64,000 bases of DNA, taken from assembly GCA_004022145.1 (NCBI GenBank), contig RCNU01000016.1, one strand, 5' to 3'. The translations under genes were made by a program, and so were the position numbers. The notes beneath the pieces are model-generated. The model was given only the letters and a program-made list of their open reading frames with translations. It was not told where the DNA came from and ran no database searches. The stretch is from Paecilomyces variotii. Lineage: Eukaryota. Positions 10,836 through 21,470 of the stretch are shown here, one piece after another. Every line of letters begins with the position of its first letter. Within the stretch, counting starts at the first letter, position 1.

Positions 10836-12950
10836 ATGGCACCTTCTCTGCACTCTCCACCAGCACGCCGCTCCTCGAGATCATCGCGCCCTCTTAGGTC
10901 GAGTCGCATGCGCGTGCAGACTTATCAGGAGAGCAGTTCGAATTCGGATGACAACGACAACTCATCATCGTCATATGAGGACCAAGAGTTCCCGGGCAAC
11001 TCGTCTCTCTCACTGCGCCCGCGACGTCCAGACCGGGTGCCACGCACGTACCGGGAATCAAGCACGGAACAAAGCCACGATGAAGATGGGGAATCTGAAG
11101 AAACAGTCACCGTCGAAGCGACCACAAATGGCCATGCACCCTCCCGTCCTCGACGCAGTGCGCCTAGGACCCGCAGTTCCAACACCAGGTCATCGAAGAC
11201 ATCGTCGAGCAGGAAAAGAAAACGGATAGGAGACCCTCTGAAGAAGCGCAAGAAGACGGAGATAGAAGAGTTTCCCTTTGTCGGATCTGGCACGATACCT
11301 CCTTGGCAGACCTTGCCCTACCACATCCTCTTTGACATCTTCTACTACGCGTCCTATCCACTGGTGGATAAGCAGACTGCAACTCGAAACAGCTCCGTAT
11401 CATGGCTGGCTGCGGTGGCTCGTCTATGTCGTGCTTTCCATGAGCCTGCACTAGCTGCGCTATATCATTCGCCTGCTCTTCTGCCCGCTGCGAAGAGCCA
11501 TGGTTTATTGAGCCTGTTGTGGGAGCCTCAGGAATCGCTGTCCACGAACTACGTTTCCAAGGTCAAGGAGTTGCATGTAGATGCGGAAAGTCTTCTTGTT
11601 TACAAGAGTGGTCCGGCTTTGGGCTATTTTGATCTGACGAGTCTCATCCAAAGGACGCCTCAGCTGAGAAAACTGCAGCTGTACCACAAGGATGACTGTC
11701 TGGTCGGACTTCCACCCTGGCAGATCCCGGCGTCAAAATGGACATATCCAGGCAATCTCTTTGTGACCCTGAACCAGTCCGGGATACATCTTCGGAGCTG
11801 GGACTGGAACGCACGCTTCATGGAGTCCGACCGCCTGGTGCCGCTCATATTGGGAAACCATCGAGAACCCGCTTTTCATAGCCTGCGCGAAGTCAGGATG
11901 TTGCATCTCAGTTACTCTGAGGACGAGGATCCGTCAAACTCGAGGGAAATGGTCCTGGCTACAGCCTTGAAAGAACTTCCTGAACTGCGGCGCCTTGAGT
12001 TCGTTGAATGTTCTATCGTCAATGAGATCCTTCTGTCCAATCTACCGTCGACACTGACATCCTTGACCATTGATAACTGCGACGATGTGGCAACATCGAA
12101 TTTCATCCCGTTCCTTGCGACCCATGGCCACAATCTTCGTGAATTAACACTGAGCCACAATCGCCATCTCAACATGTCCTTTGCCGTCAACCTAGCCCAG
12201 TACTGCAAACAGCTGGTGAGATTCAAGATGGATCTCTCCATTCATGACTGGTCGAGCTACCACGACAACGAGCCCCATTTCAAGCAGCTCCTTGGCCCTT
12301 CGGAGATTCCCACTTGGCCACCAACTCTGCAGGAGATCGAACTGATCCATCTCCGCAAGTGGGATGATTTCATAGCAGAAGCTTTCTTCACTTCCCTTAT
12401 CGAATCCGCTCCTGACCTGAAGGATTTGAGAAAGCTGGTAATCAGTGCCATCTTAAAAATAGGCTGGCGCGACCGGGCCAACTTCCGTGAGAGATGGATC
12501 GGAAAACTTGAGAGCGTCTTTCTCAGAAGAAGCCCTCCTCCTGATCCTGCCCTCCGGACACTGGCCAAATCAACAACTACTGCAGAGGACCAGCACCGGC
12601 AATCTGACACTCACGACGGGAACGAGACTTCGCCACAGGACTTCCCTCCGACTCCATCCAAGCGCAAGAGTGCTCGGATCGCTCAGCAGCACATTGCTGA
12701 AACGGAGCACGACACGGATGGGTCGCAGGTGTCGAACTCCGCTTGCGCACCTGCTCGTGATGGAAGAGAGAAAGACCCGCCGATAAAGCATGTCCAGGGC
12801 ATGTGCGATGTTGTCATGATCCGCATTGACAACAGCCGTCCGGCCGAGACCCAATTTAACGAGGACGACTTCCTCGATGACGAGTTAAGTGGGGATGAAG
12901 ATTGGGATGGCAACGATCCTGACCCTGATGGCGGCGGCCATGCGTGGTAA
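10836..12950 (+). CDS. F-box-like / leucine-rich-repeat (RNI-like) protein, conserved fungal hypothetical
   Basis: 704-aa single ORF. It has a disordered basic/acidic N-terminus with an NLS-like RKRKR, F-box-like PPWQTLPYHILFDIF, and LRR-like repeats (LPELRRLEFVEC, LTSLTIDNC, LRELTLSHN). Confidence 0.75.
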   Translation: MAPSLHSPPARRSSRSSRPLRSSRMRVQTYQESSSNSDDNDNSSSSYEDQEFPGNSSLSLRPRRPDRVPRTYRESSTEQSHDEDGESEETVTVEATTNGHAPSRPRRSAPRTRSSNTRSSKTSSSRKRKRIGDPLKKRKKTEIEEFPFVGSGTIPPWQTLPYHILFDIFYYASYPLVDKQTATRNSSVSWLAAVARLCRAFHEPALAALYHSPALLPAAKSHGLLSLLWEPQESLSTNYVSKVKELHVDAESLLVYKSGPALGYFDLTSLIQRTPQLRKLQLYHKDDCLVGLPPWQIPASKWTYPGNLFVTLNQSGIHLRSWDWNARFMESDRLVPLILGNHREPAFHSLREVRMLHLSYSEDEDPSNSREMVLATALKELPELRRLEFVECSIVNEILLSNLPSTLTSLTIDNCDDVATSNFIPFLATHGHNLRELTLSHNRHLNMSFAVNLAQYCKQLVRFKMDLSIHDWSSYHDNEPHFKQLLGPSEIPTWPPTLQEIELIHLRKWDDFIAEAFFTSLIESAPDLKDLRKLVISAILKIGWRDRANFRERWIGKLESVFLRRSPPPDPALRTLAKSTTTAEDQHRQSDTHDGNETSPQDFPPTPSKRKSARIAQQHIAETEHDTDGSQVSNSACAPARDGREKDPPIKHVQGMCDVVMIRIDNSRPAETQFNEDDFLDDELSGDEDWDGNDPDPDGGGHAW

Positions 12951-13967
12951 TCACCTTGTTTCCGAGTCCTTTTGTTCTCTTTCTTTTTTGTTCTCATCTT
13001 ATTGAGCTGCGAATGTTGTCATGGAGTTTACGGACAGCATTCCTTCTGTTTATGGTTAGACTCATGGTATGATTTGTGGAATACGCGGAGTTCTGGCTCT
13101 TGGAGTGTTGCGAGGATTATACCGGTTGGGCACGGAGGCGTTCTGCTCGAGTCACAAGGCAATTATTATTGAGGGGTGGTGTTTCCTGGTGGTATATTAA
13201 TAGGTTAGCATCGGCCGGTGGCTCTATTTGAATGCGTTTTGTCATGGTGATCGCTGGACCGGGTTCTCTTTTCGATTACTGAACTCATAACCCGTCGCGG
13301 TTCTTTAGTTAGATAGTTATCGTTTAATATGGATGGCCATCACCTCTCTTGACTGTTTCTTTCAGATTCTTTTTCCAATTTTTAGTTAAAACAGGGACAA
13401 GGTGAATGAATTGCTAGAGTTGTATATTAAACCCACAAGAACAATCTCATTTTGTCAGCTTTTCGACGTGGCTGTCTTAAAGTAGTGTATACCTATATTT
13501 TTAACCGCGCCCAGAACTCCACAAAGGCCATGTTCATCCCACGCTAAGATCGATAAGCGCAGATAAGGATGGCTGGGCACAAATTGTGCTTTGGGGAGAA
13601 CCGTATTGATCCAGAGATCGCCTCATTTGGAACGCTTTTCTTCGCCTGCCCCGTGCCTCTGAGTTGGTCTCTGGTGCCTGCACGGTAACTTCTCGCTATA
13701 CAACTCACCGCCGGCGGACAAGTCGCATCTAAGTACTTAACAACGTTGGGCGTCGACGCATCGCTTTGCTGACCCCACCGACAACTTCCCAGCAGCCCGA
13801 CCTCTTCAGATAGTCTGGACACCGAGTTCGCCGCTTCTTCAACTCTGGAAGTCATAGTCTGAACGGCAATTCTGTCCTCTCGTTTCTTCTTCACGAAAAG
13901 ACGCAGAAATTCGCGGAGACTCAGCGGTGGCTTGACCTTCTTTTCTGTCCTTGTCTTATCGCTGTAG

Positions 13968-15826
13968 ATGGCGAAAGACGGCCCCCTCGACAGCGAAGGG
14001 CCGTCGTCCCCACCACCGCCGTTGCCAGATGGTTGGTGAGTCGCTCCGCCTTCTCCGTGTTTTCTCCAGTTATTCTGCTTCTTGCGTTCCACGGTTCAAG
14101 CTGGCGATTCTAATGCTGATACAAAAAATTCGTCCGCTTCAGGCTTGCCCAGTGGGAAGGGGTCGAACGCAAGTGGTACTTTGTCCAGAGAGCTACCGGA
14201 AAGGCACAATGGGAGATCCCCACAGAGCCAGTGATCCTCACGCCGTCCACGACGCCGACGTCTACGGGAACAGGGCCTTCGCGGGCACCGTCGTCGAGGC
14301 CTCAGACAAATAGCCCTCCTACTGGCATGGGCGCAAGAGGATTTGGGGCGGAGGGCGTCTACGGCGGAGCCGACAGGGCTGGATATTCCGTATGCGGATG
14401 CGCTCGTTATTTTTATGTGCCGTGCAGGCGAATGAATGAAGCTGATATTCTGTAGAGCTTCTTTGGCTCCCCCGGGGGCGCTCATCAGACTGGATTGTCG
14501 CAAATGGCCATGGGGATGCTGGGGCGGATGCCGAACTATGGCCCCCAGGACAAAGTTGGTGGACAGCCGGGTCTACCTGGTTATCTCGCACAACATCAGG
14601 TATGAGGAGATGGATGAACAATATGTTTTCAGCTTTGACTAAGGGTGATATAGAATCCTCAGCAGAATCCCTATGGCTACATGTCGACGGGGCAAACTGG
14701 CCCGTACACTGGGAGTCCGTCGCAGTATCAAAGTGGCGGTCATGTACAATCGGCCGCGGGAATGTTTCCTCATCCCCAGTCAGGCAGCCCTGGTCAATTC
14801 GCAGGCATGCAGGGCGCATCTAGACTTGGTTTCCAGCAACACTTCGGGGTTGACGCTCAAGGAAGCTTGTCGTCCCCGTTCACACAAGTTCCGACGCAGA
14901 CGCAGGATCAAATGGCAGCTGCAGTAACATCCTCTGGCGGACCAAGCCCGTTTCAGGCAGGAGCTGCTACCACTCAAGCGCAGGGGGGAAGTCCCTTTGC
15001 TTTGCAATCTCCGGAGCAGCAAGTGACGCAGACACGCTCGCAACCAGGACTTGAATCCTCTAATCCCGCCTTGGCTGAAAATGGGAGTGCAAACGACCTT
15101 AGCGGATATTCACAGGGGCAGCAGAATTTATCTGTCTTGAGTTCACAAGCCCCTTCAATCAGTCCCAATCAAGCATTGTCCTCCGCAGGGTTCTCAGTGT
15201 CACAATATGCCGCCACCCAAGCTTTGGGGCCATTCCCGCAAACTACGATGGCCCCTCCTGGCCTGGGACCGTTTCCGCAGAATGCGCCTCCTGGTTTTCC
15301 AAACGCACCGCAACAGGCTCAGTATGGACAGAGCGCCTTCGGGCAATTTGGGCAACTGCCGGGTCAGAACCCGTATGGCCAATATCCACCAGGCCCTTAT
15401 GGACTTTCTGACCAGGGAAGCCCGTACAATGTAGGTCGTCCCGGTGTGACCGGTCCGCCTGTGACCGTGCCTCCTTATGGTGCTCAATTCCCAACAGCTG
15501 GACCCTTCGGTCTACAAGGCGCACCGGGAGCGTCACAGCTTGACCAGTTCGGTCCCCAATTTGATCCTCGACAATACCCACGCCCTGCAAGCGACCAGAT
15601 GGGTCGTGTCCCTGGATACAACATGCCGCCTGGATCTGTGAACCCGCAAGGGTCCTTCCAACAATATTCACGCCCGCCATACACCGCTGCAGGCCAGTGG
15701 TCAGGACCAGATCCAGCGCAGTCGCGCTCCGCCATTTACGACCCTCAATTCGTGAGCGGCCCTTGGACATCCGCAACGGGCTATCGCCAGCCATCCCCCT
15801 ACGGGGCTTTCGGCCCTGGAAGATAA
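13968..15826 (+). CDS. WW-domain protein with long Gly/Pro/Gln/Tyr-rich low-complexity tail
   Basis: Exons 13968-14035, 14143-14389, 14456-14599, 14654-15826, all GT..AG and frame-consistent. The N-terminus PPLPDGW|LAQWEGVERKWYFVQRATGKAQWEIP is a canonical WW domain and joins the 381-aa ORF at 14681. Confidence 0.85.
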
Positions 15827-16874
15827 ACCCAAGAATGTTTTCTTCCCTATGTGTGAACGTTTTCCTATATACCCAAATAAGTTCAGTCATGAAATGTGTC
15901 ATTTAATCAAACAAGCATCCCATCTTGAATCCATCAAACCCCCAACTATAGACCAGATCGAGTTATCCAGATATGAGAAATATGTATCTTACGAACCTCA
16001 CGACCCATTCAGTACTTTACCTGCATGTCAAGATTGGGCAATTCATATCAATTTGTATTCGAATATTTAGTTAGTCTGTCACAGTCGTGTATTAGCTAAC
16101 ACTAGATCCTCATCCCTAGTTAAGTCTGTAGAGTTGCTCAAAACGCACTTTCTTCATCGGTGCTTCTAAGTCGTAGTTTGGTATCACATATTGGATTACT
16201 GTATATATTTGTCACTCCACTCCAAGGATAACTAAAAGGCTTATAGATCAAATTATTAAACCTGTTTTATCAACATTTACTAAATCTTAACCTTTAAAAG
16301 AAACTATAACTGATAAGCAATATAAGACCAAGTATCGCAAGATCCAACAGCAAGAGACAAAATCATTATCCCTCGCCCTAACACTATCATTAAAGTGAAG
16401 TACCATACTCGCAGCAGGGTTACTAGAACCGTCTGACCTCACTCTGAAGAAATCGAAGAAAAGAGCGATAGGAGCGGTATTTATTATTTCGGGCTTGTCT
16501 GATTAGATCACGCTTACTATTGGTTGAATAACTGTAATGCATTAATATGCCATCATTTGTAATAAGATATCCTAAAATCTACTTTTGAAGAACGGGAATA
16601 GTCAGCAATATCTGATTTGGAAAAAGTAAAATAAACTTAAGTATTTATCTAGTTGGAGTCATCCTTTACTTACTCGTAACTGGTAGAACCTCGCTAGATC
16701 AACAATCACGTGATTAATACGGAAACAGAAAGCGGTGAGAATCACACCTCCCCGAAGAAAAATATTCTGCCGCCGATCCGCGATAAAGCTTGAAGTTTTC
16801 TCCGCCGCCGCCAAAAGAAAAGAGAAATTCATTAATTTGCTGCAGTCTTCGAAACACTGCATACATCTATCACA

Positions 16875-18013
16875 ATGGCGGCAGTCTACAAGTCAATTTC
16901 TAAAAAGGGCTCAAAACCCACTCACGAGGACGTCTCGGATGAAGATGTCGCCATGGACGAACTTTGGGATGGAGATGAAACGAGCGACAGCGATGAAGAG
17001 GTAGAGGATGCGGAGGATGGAAAGACGCAAAACTCGACGAATACGGCCGGACAAATGCCCAAGACTCGTGTTCTGATGCTTACATCGAGAGGTGTTACGT
17101 TTCGGTATGGAAACTGCGTTTGGTTCATGTTTTATGGGCTTTGGCTAATTTTTGTCTTTCTTCTTGCGTTAGGCATCGGCATCTTCTCTCAGATCTTTGC
17201 GCACTCCTTCCTCACACCCACAAGGAGAGTAAGCTGGATACGAAAAAGAAGACGGCTGGTTACAACCTGCTGCTGAACTCCCTGGCGGATTTGCACTCGT
17301 GCAATGTCATCTTTTTCCTCGAGGCACGCAAGCGCGGTCAGGATTTGTACCTTTGGCTCTCGAGACCTCCTAACGGCCCGACGATCAAGTTCTCTGTTAC
17401 CAATCTGCACACGATGGGCGAGTTGGGTACGGGTTTTGCTGGAAACTGTCTCAAGGGTGGACGCGGTATTGTGGTGTTTGACCGTTCCTTTGATGAGAAC
17501 GGACCGGACATGGCCAAGCCTGGTACTGAGTACCGTGGTCTGATCAGGGAGATGCTGCGTGGTGTCTTCTCCGTCCCGAAGCGGGGTGTGAAGGGAATGA
17601 AGCCGTTTATCGACAGGGTTATTGGTATCTACGGTGTCGACGGCAGGATTTGGATCAGAGTGTACGAGATCAGAGAATCTGAGCCGAGCAAGAAGAAGGC
17701 CGAGGGAGAAGAAGGAGAGAAACCAGCACCCAGGAGCAAGGACGGTCCCGAGATCTCACTGGTTGAAATCGGACCCCGCTTTGTTCTCACGCCGATTGTC
17801 ATTCTTGAGGGAAGCTTTGGTGGTCCGGTGATCTACGAAAACCGCGAATATGTCAGTCCCAACCAGGTGCGCCGGGAGATCCGTCTGTCGAAGGCCGGAC
17901 GCTACGCCCAGCGCAGAGATGTGCAGACGGAGAGGATCGCGAAGAAGTCGGAGCTGGGTCTACAGGGCAAGAAGAAGCGGGATGCTCTCGATACCAGGGA
18001 GGTCTTTGCTTAG
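16875..18013 (+). CDS. BRX1: Ribosome biogenesis protein Brx1 (Brix domain)
   Basis: Exons 16875-17104 and 17173-18013. Motifs: RVLMLTSRGVTFR|HRHLLSDL, FFLEARKRGQDLYLW, PNGPTIKF, TMGEL, KPFIDRV and LVEIGPRFVLTPIVILEGSFGGPVIYEN. Confidence 0.95.
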
Positions 18014-18723
18014 TTTGTTTTCCCATACTAAGCAACTTCCTTCTTTTTGTGTTTTTTTCCTTTCGATATCCTGAGGTGGACGGCAAGCTTTCCCCTGTGC
18101 ATCCTGAATCGGGGGGCATCATAATGTTTTCTTACTCAAGGCGTCTGGTAGAGTGGCCATTTCTAAATCATGGGATGACTGAAAAGTGTATTTTCTCAGG
18201 ACTTGTCTATATACAATGTTATCGTGAATGAGCATCTATTATTCCCATCTGCACTTGTGTATGCTTTTCCATCATAGATAGGTTGATGTGGGGACCATGA
18301 TAAGCTGTTGCTTATATAAGCGCTCTATATGAGGCGCGATCTATCGCGGAGTCATCTCCATCCCTTCCATCATCAACAACAATGGCTGCCTCAGTTGTCC
18401 CCAGCCCGATGCGGCTGCAGGCTTGCAGTCACATTTCACAAACTGCCCTTGGTGCAGCTATTTCTATGTATTTGTTTGGTCTTCCTGTGAACAGCCCCAA
18501 CGGCGGGGTCTGGATCAGATAAGTGTATACAGTTGCCGCGGTGGCCATCGTTCAATCGCTGTGACGACGGCTACCAACTTCTCATTTTCACCCCAACTTG
18601 TTTCAAAATACCATATCCAAAATCACAATTTGTTTCCTTAGTTAAAGGCGACACACATCAATAAAGGTGAGCATCTCACGGTTTGTTTTCATCTTTCGTA
18701 TACTGACTTGGCTAGATCACGCA

Positions 18724-19809
18724 ATGCAGCTAGATCATCTACCTACGGAGCTATTGCTCCATATATTTCGCCGTTGCGAGACCGTATCTGATGTTCTTAA
18801 TCTCGCCTCGACGTCTCGGCATTTCCGTCGTGTCTACCAAAGGTCGAATAAGCTCCTCATACTCGTCGATGCTGCGGAGGCGGAGTTCGGTCCGTTGGAG
18901 GACATAACCCAGATCGTTACCCAGAATGCGAGTCAGCCAGCCCATATCTTTCGCGAAGCTCCCATGTCAGATGCACTTCTGAAGCAAGCTATCAAGATTG
19001 GTCGCGTGGCGAAGAAGTGGGAGGAAATCTATCCTTTCAAGAAATGGAAGATCGATTACGACTCTCGTCGGCTCTTGACCGATGAGGAGCGCTTCCGTCT
19101 TCGTCGCGCTATATACCGCTTGTGGCTGTACCATCGCGCGTTTCATAACCGTCTTTATGACCGATACTCGCGCAATACACGTTCTGTTATCGCTGAGCGC
19201 GCGCAGCTCTTGCATAACTGGTCGACTGAAGAGCTGGCTGATATCGAGGATGTCCGACAAGTCATATGGGATGTGGTTCAATATCACATCTGCCCAAGTA
19301 ACGGTACTATCCAACGTAAATTTCACAGACGCTATCCCGAGCGTCAAACTCAGTTAACTTTCAACATTCATCTCAACTATCCCGTCGATCGAGATTCTTA
19401 TGGTGCGCCTCGTTTCGGCTCTGAAAGAAGCGCCAACTCTGTTGAACAGATATTCTACAATGCCCACCCACCTGGAAGTAGCAGTTCTTCTAAGTTCGCA
19501 TCTAAACTGCGCAATGATGTCTTTCACGATCCCGGATTCGAGGGCTGGGGCGACGAGATCCCTCATTACTACGTTATCCAGGACATGCTGAAACTGGATC
19601 CCGGCCAAGTGCTTTTCTTACGTGAACATGCTCCTTTGAAAGAACAGGTGGAAGCCTACATCTTCTCGCAGGGCGAGTGGTTCAAGGATAACGGTGAAAC
19701 CTTTTTCGACACCCTCCAGTGGGTGCTGAAGGAACGAGCGGAGGACTTGCAGAACTTTTCGGACATGATGGCCGACCGCCAGCTGGGCGTCGCCAGGGAC
19801 ATCTGTTGA
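18724..19809 (+). CDS. F-box-like domain protein
   Basis: ATG at 18724 after a 5'UTR intron (18667-~18714). The N-terminus MQLDHLPTELLLHIFRRCETVSDVLNLASTSRHF is F-box-like, and ERFRLRRAIYRLWLY is typical of this fungal family. Confidence 0.8.
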   Translation: MQLDHLPTELLLHIFRRCETVSDVLNLASTSRHFRRVYQRSNKLLILVDAAEAEFGPLEDITQIVTQNASQPAHIFREAPMSDALLKQAIKIGRVAKKWEEIYPFKKWKIDYDSRRLLTDEERFRLRRAIYRLWLYHRAFHNRLYDRYSRNTRSVIAERAQLLHNWSTEELADIEDVRQVIWDVVQYHICPSNGTIQRKFHRRYPERQTQLTFNIHLNYPVDRDSYGAPRFGSERSANSVEQIFYNAHPPGSSSSSKFASKLRNDVFHDPGFEGWGDEIPHYYVIQDMLKLDPGQVLFLREHAPLKEQVEAYIFSQGEWFKDNGETFFDTLQWVLKERAEDLQNFSDMMADRQLGVARDIC

Positions 19810-20101
19810 TTTTTTAAAGCGAGAATTTCGGGCTATGTGTTTTCTCTTGACACTCGCGTTGCGAGGTTATGTTCAACTTCTGTCTCAGATAGATCGCTCG
19901 ACACGTAAATGAAACTGCCATATGTCGTAAATGCAATAGTGATACATGGAGACTAATACATCCCACCGTACAATCCGTTCCACAAAACTAACATGGTATC
20001 TTTAAATGCTTCCAATTCCCCGGCAGAAACCCTCATCCCTCATCCCTCATTACGATCATAACCCATAACCGTTATTCGTTCCTGCTCTTTCCCTCTGCCA
20101 A

Positions 20102-21470
20102 CTATACAAAAACTCCACTCTCGCTCATTCCCTCTTGTGGAAATCCCGAATCATCCGATCTGTTCTGCTCATATGTAGTATGATATATCCTCGTAGCCCT
20201 CGGCGCCGCAACTTGCCCGGGAATACTGACATCGCTTCCATCCACGCGCGCATTAAAGAGAGGAGTCGCATTCCTCGGAGACCTATCTGAATCCACGACG
20301 CCCTTGTTATTTCGATTCCGCATTAGACCAGAGAACCAGTAACCGTGTGATAATTCTAGGCCTCTACCGCTGTTGTTGAGAGACGTGCAGATCTGGACGA
20401 CTAGGCCTCGAAGAGATGGGATGGAGGCAGCTATGATCGTTGCGCCCGTTTCTGCTGCGGTCCATATGAGGATTGAGCTGGAGTAGTCTGTATCATTTAT
20501 TGTCAATTGGTTCTTATTTAGGGTGGTACTATGGCGGAACTCACAGGTATAGTCTTCATGGTTGGATGCGTTATGCAGAAAAGATGTCTTGACCATGGCG
20601 AGTATAAATGCACTATGCAATCATAATCTTTGTTAGCCTTGATGGTCTTCCTGTGAAGTTTTATTTTGATAGGGGCAAATACTCACAAGACACCGAGACT
20701 CATGGCGAGTGCGACGCCGATTTTCTCTTTGACAGTCATCGGAAGTTTCCATACAATAAACCACGGCTGTAAAGCGAGTACGAGATCCATGACACCCGAA
20801 TATGCTTCCCATTCAAAATATTAGCCAAGACTGCTTCGCACAACCAGAATGAATATATTGTTAATCTTGAACTGTCATTGACTCACCTCCAGATACAATA
20901 GCGAAGTTGGTGACGATACTCGGATCCCAACACTTTGCTTTGATTTGAAAATCCCACAGTTTCGCAGAGGGTTGACATTGCGCCAGAGTCAAGATTGCCG
21001 TGAGCCACATCAAGCTGTTCATTGAGAAGATTATTAACGATAAGAGCACGACCTGCCATCTGTCGACTACTACGCGCAGCAGACTCAGGGCGAATGAAGT
21101 CTTGCTGAGCACGCAGGCGATAATGGCGAGGAATTCGCCAATGTATGTAAGTTTCAGAGCCGTTGTGAGGTCGGTGATGCTGGTTATATCTTGGACGTGT
21201 TTTCCGAGACCATTCTTGACTGCTGCGGTGATCAGGGTTGTGTATATTAATAGTAGGACCTGCGGGATTGTTATTAAACTGAATCATTGTTGATATATCA
21301 TAACGGATGAAATAACCTACCCACGACCATGACACTATGATATCATCCCAGCCGAATCTTTTTCGAAGGACATTTTTGCCATGCAGACGCAGAGCGATAA
21401 TGGCACACGGAACAATAGTGGTTATCCACAATCCCCACAGGATGGCCGGACCTTGATCATTCTGTGTCAT
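20102..21470 (-). CDS. Pth11-like integral membrane protein (fungal rhodopsin-fold GPCR-like), no CFEM domain
   Basis: Exons 21470-21321, 21259-20887, 20804-20687, 20612-20545, 20487-20102. Motifs: ALRL..K...FGWDD, GLGKH, SKTSFALSLLR, QCQP..KLWD...KCWDP, DLVLALQPW, KEKIGVALAMSLGVF and WTAAETGATIIAASIPSLR. Confidence 0.88.

Noticed and set aside
13544-14092. 182-aa minus-strand ORF
   Set aside because: It is antisense to the first exon and promoter of the WW gene and has no recognisable motif.
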